Origin: Callorhinchus milii
Taxonomy: Eukaryota
Reading direction: 5' to 3'
DNA: 64,000 nt
NCBI RefSeq assembly: GCF_018977255.1
Contig: NW_024704743.1
Location: forward strand, 112,098,001 to 112,162,000
Made by a program: the position numbers and the translations under genes
Shown: positions 50,556-63,525 of the stretch, piece by piece
How the letters are laid out: every line of letters starts with the position of its first letter
How positions within the stretch are numbered: the stretch's first letter is position 1
The notes under the pieces: model-generated
What the model was told of the DNA's origin: nothing
The model's database searches: none
Seen by the model: only the letters and a program-made list of their open reading frames with translations

Positions 50556-50829
50556 TAAAATATAAAAACAATTCCTTGAAAACTTTAAGATTGCCCATTG
50601 GAAAAAAAATGCATTGGAGAACTTTTTAAGGGGCCATTGAGAGGCACATGCACAATTGATTCACTTCGCTCTGTTCATATTCAACGGTGAAAATCAAAGC
50701 ACTGTTAAACCATCTCCTCAAGGGGATCTCAGCCACAAGGTACTGCTTGATTCACGCTGGCTCAACTTGATTTACACTGCACTTTTCTCTTTGATTGTTC
50801 CCCCACCCCCAGCTTATACCCCCAGTCTC

Positions 50830-50995
50830 AAGTGGCCAAAGACAACTGTAGTGTCTCGGCTGTCTCCTCCCAGCTGAGATCAACTAACTCAACACAGAAC
50901 AGGATATCGAACCTGGGACCTTCCTGGCCTGTACATCTCAATGTCACACTGGGAGCCTGCTTTGCCCACTGAGTCTGATTATTTTCATATTTAAA
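50830..50995 (-). mobile_element. AmnSINE2-like SINE head fragment
   Basis: gctgagatcaactaactcaacacagaacaggatatcgaacctgggaccttcctggcctgta. Confidence 0.65.
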
Positions 50996-51294
50996 CAGCA
51001 CATCGGCATCTATCAACTAAACGTGAGTGGACACATTCCTTATCCCAATTCAAAGCCATAGCTTAACCAGCAGCAAGACGAAAACCCAAGATGTCAAAAA
51101 GTAAGATGTAACTCATGTGTACGGTGAACTTGATTGTAACTGGGGTAGAGGGCCCAAGGAATAGTAGTGTCTGTGGGAAAAGCTAGTGAAACTCTTACTA
51201 CTGATGAAAGACTGAGGCTAACACTGCCGCTTTGTTGGTGCCTCCATACTAGTATCGTAGGCCTGAAATTCCACTTTATTCTAGCTTTGTCCCT

Positions 51295-51475
51295 CAGACT
51301 CGATCCCTCCTTCACCTCATTCAAGGTCTGTCTCAAGACGTTACATTTTGACTGCACTTTTGATCACCTTTCTCCTTCCCAACCCTTTTGGCTTCCACTC
51401 TAAGCTTGGATCCCCAGCCAATGGTGTTAATCGCCTTGAGACATCCTCTCGATGTGAAAGGGACTGCGTAAATTG
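51295..51475 (+). mobile_element. L2 3' tail, degenerate
   Basis: FKVCLKTLHFDCTF; ccttgagacatcctctcgatgtgaaagg. Confidence 0.75.
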
Positions 51476-52381
51476 TTTTGGAATTTTGGCTTAAAATTTA
51501 AGATTGCTCAGCATTGATCAAAATTTTTCAATTAATTTGCAATTTGGAAGCCAGTTCATTTTAAAAAATGCAGTAAGCAGCTTTCACATGAAGCCTGAAA
51601 TAAAAGTTCATCGCAGCTCTGTGCAATCTTGAGTTTTATGACAAAACAAATGAGCTTGCAGGCTAAATTTGGTGGAAATTTAGGCCTCTGATTTTGGAAG
51701 CTTGGCATCCGCCCCACCACTGTAAAGCTTTCCAAGAAATTATTGCTGTTGTTGTTTGTACAGCACACTCTCTACTGCTTTTAATTGAAAACAACAATCC
51801 CAGATTTTGGTTCTCTCTTCTGTCAAGACTGTATTAACGGTCGACGTTTGTCAGCAAAGTGCTGATAAAAAACGTGCCGACTTGCCGTCGGCAGGCAATT
51901 TCTATGCAGCCCAAGTATAACTGGATTAGATACACAAGAAAGCTCAAAAACTCGAATTATTCCTTATAATGATCGAATAGTCAGGCCTCTGTATGAGTAA
52001 ATTTGTTCGCCTATCTAATGACAAAATTCTTAACTATCTTGAGGCTAAGCAAAGGCCTGGCTATCTCCTTATGCTTTCATTTAAGGAAAATGTGCTTTAT
52101 ATTAGTCACAAGAACATTCAGAAGTTTAGACGTACCTGACAACAACAATGTGCATTTATGCAGAGCCTTTCACTTTAAGAGAATGTCTCAAAGCCCAATA
52201 ACCAAAGCAATAAAAATATGAGGCGAATCTTCATTTGCCTGTCAGGCTCCATCATGCAGATGGATCCAGAAACAAGGACATTGCTAACACAGAGAAAGGT
52301 AGACTCTCACTATCGCAATATCATGGGTAATATGGCAAAAGGAGATTGTTGAGAGGTTTTTGCAAAAGGAACGTATTCCTG

Positions 52382-52505
52382 TAATAATAATAATCCTTGC
52401 ATTTGATGTACGGCCCTCCATATCGGAAGGACGTCTCAAAGGACTTACAGGATTTAGTGTAAAGAGTCATGGCTGTGTATTTTCTAGGCAAACTTGGCAG
52501 CCAGC
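52382..52505 (-). mobile_element. SINE tail fragment
   Basis: taataataataatccttgcatttgat. Confidence 0.85.
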
Positions 52506-52694
52506 AATTTGGACCAATGCATATTAGATATGCCTTTCTCTTTACGAGAAATGTTGAAACCACTATAGACAAAATATAGGGGAAATGCCTAAATCAAGAG
52601 TGTAAGGATCCCAAATTATAGTCTCTGTGCAATAGGATAAATCATCTTTTCTTCTCCTTTCCCAAAATTTTCTCCACTCTGTTCTGAATGTTGG

Positions 52695-52872
52695 GTAACT
52701 CACCCAAGTGAGCAAATGAGGCACAGTGAGTGTTATGAAGCTTTTTACCTATGAGGTGCAACACAGCCAAGCCTGATCCTGTCCACATCCAACATTTATG
52801 GACACATTTTCCATCAGGGTTAACTGAACAGTAACGGGACACAAACATAGGAAGCATGGAAGGATTTCCCTC
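52695..52872 (-). mobile_element. AmnSINE2-like SINE body fragment
   Basis: cacagccaagcctgatcctgtcc, homologous to 49085-49110. Confidence 0.55.
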
Positions 52873-52904
52873 AATAACGCAGGGACATTTGGGTTGTTAA
52901 TGCT

Positions 52905-53660
52905 GTGGACTAGCGTAGTGGATACCACACTCACCTTGCAAGTGAGTCGACTCAGGTTCAATTCCCATGCGGGACAAAACTTAGGCAAGTTTCCTTCCTC
53001 CACATTCTTGCCCAACTCCACTGACTTCCCATCACACAGAGGATACAATTCAAGATACTGGTCCTCACCTTCAAAGCCCTACAGGATCTTGCTCCCCCTT
53101 ACATGTGCAACCTCCTAACCCCCTACCATCCTGTTCACTCCCTCCGCTCAGCGGGCTCGGGCCTGCTTCACGTCCCCCGCTTCGATAGCTCCATCATTCT
53201 GTCCCCACCTTCTGGAACTCCATCCCGCAGTCCTTCCACCTCATCCCCTCCCTTGCCACCTTTAAGACCCATCTCAAGACCCACCTCTTCAACTGTGCTT
53301 TTGATCTTCCTGCTTCCCCCACTGCCCTCCACCCTCCCTGACCAAGTCACCCAGCTCATATCCGTAACTCTGTCTGTCCAGCGCTTTGGGACGTCTTCCC
53401 AATGTGAAAGGCGCTTTATAAATGTAATTTTGTTGTTGTTGTTGTTTATCGAGCAGTAGGAAGCCGGTTGTTAGTTGATTGGCAGACCGAGTTCTGGGGA
53501 TAATAATTCCTCCCATTCACCCAACAAAAAAATACGGTCACTCAATCCACAACTGTTTGTGGGATACTGCTGTGCCCAATTGGTAGCTGCGTCAATCCAC
53601 TTTACAACATATCTGTGAAGCGTTTTGAGACGCCTCAACAATATGACAAAGCGCTATCTA
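52905..53660 (+). mobile_element. long-subfamily tRNA-SINE split by an L2 insertion
   Basis: Head to ...cctccaca (53003) resumes at tgtttatcgagcagtaggaagcc (about 53443). Confidence 0.85.
53005..53443 (+). mobile_element. L2 3' portion nested in a SINE
   Basis: LH..P...RIQFKIL-like start, LLTPYHP.HSLRSAG, (GTT)n tail. Confidence 0.95.
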
Positions 53661-54109
53661 TTAAAACCACAACTTCATCTCTTTTCTCGCTTTCAGGGCA
53701 AAACCTGGCAGCAATAAATACTGTAGTCTGAAGTAACAATGTTGTCATTGAGCATCAGGATCACATCATGTGCTTATTCTGTGTGTGTGCTCGTTTGGTA
53801 GCACTGCACATGTTGTCAGAAAGATGCATTGCTCTTGGAAACACCATGGGCTATTCCCAGCAAAATCAGCACCACAAATGGCCTGCTAAATGTCACTCGC
53901 CCTTTTTTAAAAAAGAATAGACTTGCGACTTGTAAAAGGACAGAGCAATGGAGAAGATTGTCCATCTTCATCTCTCTCACTGGTTTTGAAAAAAACCCTG
54001 GGAAAGGAAGACCGAAGACGGCTTCGGAGCAGAATTCTCATGAGTCAGCGTGGAATATATGCAATCCTTGGGGTAAGAGTCAATTTTATTCTTGTAAAGC
54101 ACTACTTAT

Positions 54110-54520
54110 GCTACATTTGTCGGTTCAGGTGGACGTTAATGATCCCATGACACAAATCGAAAAGAGAAGGAAAATTCTCCAGGTGCCCTGGCTAACAATC
54201 CCCCAGATGAAACTGATCATTCACTTAATAACTGCTCATGACACTTCATGGCACTTTGAAATTTCTTCAGCCGCCCTCCTACCTCTCTGTCCTCCCTCAT
54301 CCCAACTCTGACCCCACCACACACAGTTCCTGATCCCCGACTGTTCAGCGCCTTGGGACATCCTCCCAACGTGAAAGGTGCTTCACAAATGTAATTTTGT
54401 TGTTGTTTGTCAGAGACTGCTGGGAACAAATTAGTTACCATGTTTTCCTAAAAAATAAAGTCACTACAGTACCACACTTCTGTCTTGAAAGACTCTATAT
54501 GAAATGCAAGGATTAATTTT
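54110..54520 (+). mobile_element. Deu-domain SINE with a nested L2 tail (54270-54408)
   Basis: ttcaggtggacgttaatgatccc; cagcgccttgggacatcctccc. Confidence 0.8.
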
Positions 54521-55049
54521 TTTATAATTATCCTATCTGAACATTTTTTCTATCTCAGTCGCTGTTTCAAAAACCTGGCTGCAATTGGCTGCCGTGTTCA
54601 TCTACAAAATCAAAGTCTCTACCTGTTGCAGTGTTTCCTGTGAAGCACTTTGAGACTTGAAAAGCACTACATCAAATGTAAAGATTAATATTATTATTTA
54701 TCAGTGAGAAGCTCTATGATACACTATAACTTTGAAAAAGCATTTGACAAAGTATAATATGGACAGTGTAGATAGTTTAGTTCCTGGCTACAGAGAAGAG
54801 TTGGTGGAAATAATGGGAGCAAATGAGGTCAAAATGAGGGGAGCTATTGAGTGGGATGTCTCAAGACATATAATGGGATTTCTCCCATTTGCACTCTGCA
54901 TAAGTCATCTGGATTTGATGAATATATGAAAAGTAGTTACACTTTTAGCTGAAAATAAGCTCAGGGGAAGCATGGAATCAAGATCTGAGAAATAGAGCTC
55001 AGCAGATTGTGGAAACTGGGCTCAACACTGACAAATAAACAGAATCGAA

Positions 55050-55350
55050 TAAGATGTTAAACCGAGGTTCTGTCGGTCTGCTCAGGTGGACGTTAAAGAT
55101 CCCACAGCTATTTGAAAAGGGAAGGGAGTTTCTCACTCCTGGTGTCCTGGCCAACAATCCCTTACCCCCAAATAAAATTTGTCACTCACTCCGTGGCTGT
55201 TCATGGGACAGTGCGGTGCACAAACTTTTTGCCACATTTCGCCCACAAAATACACAGTCAATCAATTTTACAATGTATTCTGTGAAGCACTTTGAAACTT
55301 CTTGAGGATGTGATAAGGTACGATATCAAATGCACGGATTAGTATTATAA
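55050..55350 (+). mobile_element. Deu-domain SINE, 5'-truncated
   Basis: gatgttaaaccgagg...ctcaggtggacgttaaagatccc. Confidence 0.9.
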
Positions 55351-55364
55351 ATGCAAGGTAATGT

Positions 55365-55744
55365 ATACTTGAAGATCCTTACACTCATGTTCAAATCCCT
55401 TCACTTCCTGGCACCTCCCTACCTCTCTGACCTCCTCACTCCCCAACCCACCACCCGGCAACTCTGCTCGACTGACACCACCTCCTGCTTGTCCCTTACA
55501 CCCTCCGCTCCACCATTGGAGGTCATGCTTTCATTGACTACACCCCGAAACTCTGGAAAACTCTCCCTCAATCCCTCCGCCTTGCCCCCTCTCTCCTCTT
55601 TTTCAAGTCGCGCCTGAAAACCTTCCTTTTTGACCGTGCTTACGGTCACCTTCCCCACATCGGCTCGGAGTCAGGTTACGCCACTGTTAAGTGCTCTGAG
55701 ACGCTACCCTGCACGGAGGGCACTATATAAGTGCAAGTTGTTGC
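55365..55744 (+). mobile_element. L2 3' portion
   Basis: KILTLMFKSLHFLAPPYLSDLL; LKTFLFDRAY. Confidence 0.95.
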
Positions 55745-56004
55745 ATACGGGAAGTAAAACCTGTGTACTCAGTGGATGGGATAGACCCACCAAGGTGAAA
55801 TAGAAGGAGACCTCAAGGTTTTAGTTGTCTTATTCTTCACTATGCCAAATTGTTGAGGAGGTAAGGCAGGATGCTTGAGTTATATTACCAAGTCACTTAG
55901 GTCCATATCACCAAAGATCATGCTGAGAGCTGTACAGACTCAGGTTAGGCCACAGCTGGAATACTACTGTAAGAATTTACCTGCAAGATTTTCAGGACTC
56001 CAGG

Positions 56005-56237
56005 AAAAATTCTTTCTCTTATTCAAATAGTGCTATGGGATATCTAACCTCCACCTGAAAGGTAGACAGGACCTTGGTTTAACGTCTCATCTGAAGAATG
56101 GCACCTTCAACAATGCAGTATTCCCCAGCACTGAATTGGAGTGTCAGCCTACATTGCGAGTTCAAAGTCCCAACTTGAACCCACAACCTTCTGGATAAGA
56201 GGCGAAAATGCTACCCACTGAGCCAGGCTGACACCAT
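56005..56237 (-). mobile_element. Deu-domain SINE 5' half
   Basis: ctgagccaggctgacacc head end at 56236. Confidence 0.85.
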
Positions 56238-58624
56238 GCACGCCTGGACCATTTAAACAATGAAAGCATCAGGTAAGTAACAGGATTTAGACAGTAAGTC
56301 AATGAAACTATGAAAGGTCTCCTATAATGAGCAAAATCAAACCAATGTAATATTTGAGTATTTGCCCTTCTTATTGACAAAGGTTACCTTCAAACACTGC
56401 AAATCTTTTCCCATATCCATCATCATTTTAAATAGATAAACCATTACCAATGATGAACACATCTTTTGAAAGGCCACACATGGAAAGAGGTCAAAGACAT
56501 AAGAGCAGGAAGCTGGTGGTTTATGGTTACACCATAAAGTGTTAAAACTGCCAGGAAGTGAGGAAGTAAACAAATCAACAAAAAGAACGCAACCTCTAAA
56601 GATAGCACCTGCTTATTCCACACAGGAAAATGGAGACTGAGACACAGGACTAAATTGATGAAAATGATTTATGCACAGAATTAAAATATTGGCATTTTTA
56701 TAGAGTGAAATGTCGCTGCAGAGCTGTACCTTCAAGTTATGCATTTCCTTTCTGAATCGTCAGCCTTCATATTCACCAGAGAACTTAATCAATCGTTTCA
56801 CTATCTATAAAATACCACTGAATATTTTAACTTGTGTAATAGTCAGTGCAAGGTGAATCCTGTCAGAAATTGGAATACACAGTACACAGCACAATTTTTT
56901 TTAATACAAAGCATTACGAAACAGGCAATCATTCAGATATTAATCTGAATCCAATATGCTGCTGTTTAGATTTTTTTGACGAAGAAAATAAAAATCTGTG
57001 CAGTGCAACAGCCGAGTATCCCCCAAGGCAGTTGGGCTTGCTGTAAAGGTCAAGAAGAGTTCATATATGAACCTAACATGCTCTAACACAAGTGGGCCAA
57101 TGTGTTCACAACTGACGGTGAAACAAAAGTTAATTAGAGAGTCAGTTATTGGGTTAAAATCATCATGCATGTGCGTTATTGTGACGAGAAATTGTTCGGG
57201 AAAGTACACTGGGCATTTTGGGACATCCTCTCGACGTGAAAGGCGCTATAGAAATGTAATTTTGTATTGTATCTGCGGTGAATATGCTGGCTCATGTCAT
57301 TGCAGTATTAAAGTGGGGAACCTAACGTTACATAACTTTACATCAGGAGTATAACTGTGCCATTATGTTCTGCTCTAACCCGCTCTGACACACACAAATC
57401 CATACAGATCAATTGATTTTAAGTGAGAAGACAAACCAATTACTCTCTTCTGGCCGTATCTTTCTGTGGCCATAGCAAAATGTTAACTTTGGGGAAAAAA
57501 CACAAAAAATTCACAGATCTCCATCTTCAGGAAAATTCATTGTTTATGATGGATATTTTTTTAAAAGCAAACATGATTCATTGCGTCATTTCAAGGATCT
57601 CTTTGAAGCGAAGAGATGAGTGGAAAATGATCTGACAAATTAGACAATAAGCACTCATACAATAATAATAATGGTACCAAAAGGTAATATCACAATAATC
57701 TGAGACTCACAAGTGCATAGTAATAGAACAGTAATCTGTAGTAAATCAGATATTATCATAAAAATATATACTGTACATGCAGTATCACCCACAAAATAGA
57801 TATATATATAGACAGTATATTCTGTGAAACGCTTTGAGACTTCTCAAAGATAAAGCGCTATAACAAATGCAAGGAATGTTGTTATTATTCAATTGGGAAT
57901 TCCAAATGACTACAATGTACAAAATAAGGAACTAGAGAAGATTAGGAAGTATGTTGAACTACAAATTGAATTTGGATGTGTGTAGCAGTACAAGACGAGT
58001 ATAGTTCCTATGGAGTAACTGGTACTGTGAATAAGACAATTCAGAAGTGGTTTGATAAGATACCGCATCAAATCTGCATCTCCTACAGAAAGTAGTTATA
58101 TTGGGAAGTATACTAAGAAAAGAAAATATACGAAGAAAAGTAACTTCTGTTAAAGTGTAGTGTGGCATTGGCCTGGCTGACCCATCACTGGAAAACATTT
58201 AGAAATTACTTCAGTGGAGTGATCTAAATTGCAATAGCATAATAATAATAATAACAATAATACAGTACTTACATTTGGTATAGCTCCTCTCACTTCAGGA
58301 GTACATCCCGAAGTTCTTCATGTGATACACTGTAAAGTGCAGTGACGGTGTGTTTTGTTGACTAAATGAGGCAACCAATTTTATCAGGAATACCCAAGAG
58401 CACTTCTTTCATCAAATTGCCTTTTTGGAAAATACAAAAATACTTAGTTCCCATTTCACAATCTTCCAAAAAGGTCTCTACTCTCATCATAGTCAAGGGA
58501 AAAAGCACCTAAAACCATATAAAGATGACCCAGTTGGAGTGACTTTTGGACCCCAATATCTATAGCAGATAGTTCAGTTTGTGGTACGCTGCTTTCTTCA
58601 TATCAAATATAAATCTTGTTTATA

Positions 58625-58934
58625 TAATATAATAATTTGTGCATTTGATATAGCACTTTTCACGTCTTCTAGACGTCTCAAATTGCTTTACAAAGTATAC
58701 TGTAAAGTGAATTGACTATATTTGTGGGCGAAACGCTGTAGCCAATTGTACAGCAGTGTCCCACAAACAGTCGTGGATTGAAGTGACCAATTTATTCTTT
58801 TTTTTTTGCTTGAGGGATTATTATCAGGCGTGTGGAGTAATGAAACTTGCCCGAGGTTTTGCCCTGCCGGGAATCGAACCCGGGTCTCTCGCTTGTGAGG
58901 CAAGTGCTCTAACCACCGAGCTACAGGACTCCAC
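58625..58934 (-). mobile_element. young tRNA-SINE, short subfamily
   Basis: Full head and tail. Confidence 0.95.
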
Positions 58935-58967
58935 TGTTTGGAGATGTAAAGGAAGAATTTTTCTTTG

Positions 58968-59612
58968 AAGTACTCCAATACAGTGCTGGGGAAGTGCTGT
59001 GTTGTTAGAGGTGCCATTGTTTGCATGAGACCTTAAACCGAGGTTACATCTCCTTGTTTAATAATAATAATAATCATTGCATTTGATATAGTGTTTTTCA
59101 CGTCTTCTAGACGTCCCAAAGCGCTTCACAGAATAGACTGTAAAGTGAATTGACTGTATATTTGTGGACGAAATGCGGCAGCCAATTATACACAGCAGTG
59201 ACGCACAAACAGTCGTGGTTTGAAGTGACCAATTTATCATTGTTTTATTTTCTTGAGGGATTATTATCAGGCCTGAGGAGTAAGAAAACTTGCCCAAGGT
59301 TTCACCCTGCCGGGAATAGAACCCAAGTCTCTCGCTTGCAAAGCGAGTTCTCTAACCACTGAGCTATAGGTAGATGGGCTTTAAAGATTCCATGGCACTA
59401 TTCAAAAGAAAAGGGATTTTCTCCTGGTGTCCTGGTCAACAAAGCGGTCGTTCATTTCATGGCTATTTATGGATCACATCTGTGTGCAAATTGGCTGCTG
59501 AATATGTTTGCCTACAAATGCAGTCACTTACATTTTACAGTAAAATCCTATGCAGTGCTTTTGAGACATTTTGATGATGTGATACTACGCCATATCAAAT
59601 GTAAGGATTACA
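58968..59612 (+). mobile_element. Deu-domain SINE split by a young SINE
   Basis: Core broken at ccttgttta | aggtagatg...taaagattccatggcac. Confidence 0.85.
59058..59368 (-). mobile_element. young tRNA-SINE, short subfamily
   Basis: Near-full copy nested in the Deu SINE. Confidence 0.95.
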
Positions 59613-60489
59613 ACAACAACAACTTGCACTTATACAGCACCGTCTACTCAGGGTAGCGTCTCAGGATTATTATCATTATTATTAATAAAAAGAACTTCTA
59701 TTCGAAGTAAAAGAGGATAAACTCTTAAACAACTAATAAAATAATTGCAAGTGGATTAACAAGTACCATTTTCTGAAACTAATAACTAACATTCATTGAA
59801 GACACAATACGGTTATAAAAGGATTTCAAAGGCATCTGGCACTACTTAACGTTTCAGTGCTTCAAGTTGTCTTCATTCATCCTTTAATAAATTAAATATG
59901 TTTCTGCAAAAATAATTCATGCTTTTGTTGAAAAAAATAGAAAGCAGCCTTTTTATTCTGAAAGGAAACTTTTGGCTGCTTTCTGCATCATCTCATGAGT
60001 TGAATGGCCCCTCACTATCATATCAATGTTGCTTGATTCATGTCTCCTCAAAGCCAATTCAACCCCAGGGAGACCCAACTTGCCTCCCTCTCCCTCCAAG
60101 GAGGGTAACTTTAGCCTTAATGCTTATTTTAACAACCTCAAAAGGGTCAAAGGGCTGAACGGACCCACCAGGATTTGAATCCAGAATCTTTAGGATTCCT
60201 AAGTCTGATGCTCAACTGATTGAACTAACCTGGGATGTTTATGAAATTAACAACATCTGTCCTACTCCTCTGCAAACTAACCAATAATTCCCCCAAATGG
60301 CATGTCATGCAGGGACACAAGTGCAAAGCTTTCTCCAGTCCAGAGATGGGTGTACAGGGAGGAACCAATTTCCTGAAGCGAATGTTAAAAGTAAAGTAAG
60401 ACCTCATGCTCACAGGAAGAAGAGTGCATTTAAAAATGAATAAATAAATAAGAAATATGGCTCTGCTAAGTTTCAAAATCTGTTGAGAA

Positions 60490-60998
60490 ACAACAACTTG
60501 CATTCATAACGTCTACATAGGATAATATCTTGTGGGTTTCCATATTCAGAAAGCGAGATGGAGGAGTGGGAGGTGACCGTAAGCATGGTAGAAGAGGTAG
60601 ATTTTAAGGCAGGATTTAAAGACAGATATTGAGGTGGCGAGACAGAGGAGCAGAGGTAGGGAGTTGTAGAGGTTTGGGACAGAGTAACTGAAGGTTCAGT
60701 GACTGATGGTGGGATGGAGAGGGTGAGGGACACACAGCAGGCCTGAGGTAACTGAGTGGAGGGAGTGAGTAGAGGAGTGGGGGTAGGAACAGATTGCGGA
60801 AATAGGGAAATGCTCAAGTGTGAAGGGATTTACAGGTAAGGGTGAGGGCTATGAAGTTGATCCATTGGGAGCCAGAGAGCATGGAGAAGATTGAAGTGAT
60901 GGGTATGTTGAGTTTGTTGTGGGTGAGGATGCCGGTGGCATAATTTGGGATCAGCTGCAGCTTATGGATGGTGGAGCTGCGGAGATTGGTGAGGAGTA
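60490..60998 (-). mobile_element. L2 3' portion, degenerate
   Basis: caacaacttgcatt tail; reverse of 60940-60990 encodes HKLQLIPNYA. Confidence 0.85.
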
Positions 60999-61293
60999 AT
61001 TATTATTTTTATCCGTAGACAATTTGCTCCTTCAAATGGATAACTGCCAGTGACGGCACCCTTTGTCATTTCGCACACACCAGGACCATCTCTGTGTTGA
61101 CAGAGCAGCTCCATAGCCTCCTGTCATCAGCACAGGAGGAGCATTATTTTCCCTGAAGCCTTATGACAGAAATATTGGGAGCAGGGGCAAGCTTCAATGC
61201 ATGCACAAGTTGTCTTGGGAGTAGCCAACTCACCCTCAGGATCCACAGATCTGGTTTAAACAATCAAAACAACTCCTTAAGAAATTTCTGGGC

Positions 61294-61498
61294 CTAATTT
61301 GCAGTATTTCTTAATGTGATCCCTTAATAAAGAATCTGAGTTGGGCAAATGGGGACTCCTTATGGTATCTGGAAGTAATTTAGCCAACCCGTGGGAAATC
61401 TACTCTGAAGCAGTCTGCAGTGGAGTTCCAGGGGGTAGACAGGAATTCCAATGGGATTTCTTATTAAGGAATCCTGATAAGAAATACCACAAATTAGA
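61294..61498. mobile_element. palindromic MITE-like element
   Basis: ctaatttgcagtatttctta..cccttaataaagaatc versus gatttcttattaaggaat..taagaaataccacaaattag; inverted arms of about 45 bp. Confidence 0.6.
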
Positions 61499-61694
61499 CG
61501 CCGTTAACATTAATGTTTCACAAAATTTAAATAACGTTGGTAGATTAATTCCTTCTGTCGGTAATGGTACAAAATTACACTATTGCCAAAACGAGATACG
61601 CTTTTCCAGTTTACAAAAGATAACACTTTGCTGGCATTTATATATGAAAAGTAAATAAATATTCAAACTTTTTACATAACTTCCTCCCTCAAAA

Positions 61695-61990
61695 GTAATA
61701 ATACTTGCATTTAATAGAACACTTTTATCACATTGATGATACTCTCAAAGGGTTTCATGAGATTCATTGTAAACTGGAGTGACTATATTTTGTAGATGGA
61801 CTTGGCAGCCAATTTGCCCAGAGCAATGTCTCAGAAACAGCCATGAAGTGAATGACCAATTTTATTTGGAGCACCCAGGACACCAGGAGAAACTTTTTGA
61901 ATAGTTCCATGAGGTCTTTAACGTCAACTTGAATAGGCAGGTAAGACCTCAGTTCAACGTATCTTCCAAAGGATGGCACCTCTGATAATA
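61695..61990 (-). mobile_element. Deu-domain SINE
   Basis: caggacaccaggagaaact...tctttaacgtcaacttgaa. Confidence 0.85.
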
Positions 61991-62129
61991 TCATCCATGT
62001 AGATATTACAGATCAAAGCCTTTTGTGCACTGTAAAAATTTTACCTGGAGATTGAGAGGTTTCGCAAGCAATTGTTGGAGAAGTATTTGTAGTATTTGAG
62101 AAGTTTGAAGATTACTGTGTTTGGGATTA

Positions 62130-62290
62130 GGGTAATGCAATGGTCAAACTCCTTTCACCTCTGTTACTTGGGTTTGAATTTGGCTTACTTGATGAGATGA
62201 AGGTTCTTCTCTCTCACTCTCTGTTATTGAAATATTTGAAACACATATTTTCCTTGCTGTGTAAATGAACTGTTAACAGCCTGCAGTCGG
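62130..62290 (+). mobile_element. LF-SINE-like head fragment
   Basis: ggtaatg...cctttcacctct...gggtttgaat resembles the recalled LF-SINE 5' region. Confidence 0.45.
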
Positions 62291-63164
62291 GATTTCAACA
62301 AAACACAAAGCTGATAGCAACTTGTGACTGAGAAACTGCTAGTTTTATGTGTGCATGTGTTTCTACTGAAATATAAGGAGTAACATTAAAGTTATACCAA
62401 AAAACAGATGTTTCACAACAACTGTGGAAATAAAGTCCTGCTTGTCATTTAGTATTGGAAGCCCTTATATTTCCCAGTCTGAATTCTGATTTGCTGGGAG
62501 CTCAGGAGAGCTCTACTAACATAAAACTCTGTGCAAATGGACACCTCTGGTAACCGATGTTGAACCGGGTCAGTTTTCTAAAGAATCACGAGAGTGGGGG
62601 ACCGAGAGAATTCAAGAGTGGAGGCTGTATGAATTTGCAATGTATGATTATAATACAAAGCTGCAGAGGGCATTCTAGCATAAACCACTTCTGAAAGTGT
62701 TGTTAGCAGATTCGCTTTGAGTCTACAATGTGAAAAAGAGCAGTATTAGAGGGCTTTAGAAATGTGACTGAATTTGCAGTGCTTAATAAAAGGTACAAAA
62801 CACATTATTGCGGTATTTACCACTGCATTCATTCATTTTATGATTAATTGCATTAATATTGCTAAAACAGTTCAGTCCTTGGCATTTTATTACAAGATTA
62901 CTAATGAAGTCTATGAAGTCTACTTGTACAAAATATTTTCTCAAAAACATAAGTTAATCTCATGCAGCATTGGAGATATAGCTAGATCATCATCGTTAAT
63001 AACGTATTGCTTGTATAACCTACATACAATATGTAAATATTTATTTCACATCATTTGAATTTTCAATATGCATTTACAATGGTAAGGCAATATTTGGTAC
63101 AGTTAGCAAATGGAGCAAAATAGTCTCTCATTATCATTGACGTGACATAACGAGGCTGCCTAAG

Positions 63165-63525
63165 TTCCAGAGTCCATGCAGAGGAGAGCAATGAGGATGC
63201 TCTCTGTTGTTAGAGGAAGACTGCTATGAGCAATGATCAGACAAGCTAGGGGTCTTAAGTCTTGAAAAGAGACTTGTCAGAGGGGACTTTACGGCGATAT
63301 ATACAATTTTTATGGGATTGAGGAAGTAAACCCAGAGCAAGATTTTTAAATACACTATGGCGGCATAACAAGAGGCCACATGTTTAGAATTCCAAAGGGC
63401 AGTTTCAGGACAGAAACCAGGAAGCATTTCCTAATCCAGAGGATAAATAATGAGTGAAACAGGTGACCAGGAAGAGTAGTCAAGGACAGGACACGGGACT
63501 CACTTAAAAATACTCTTGACGCTGC
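63165..63525 (+). mobile_element. CR1 3' portion, decayed
   Basis: agtcttgaaaagaga...agaggggac (SLEKR..RGD); acaagaggccac (TRGH). Confidence 0.85.
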
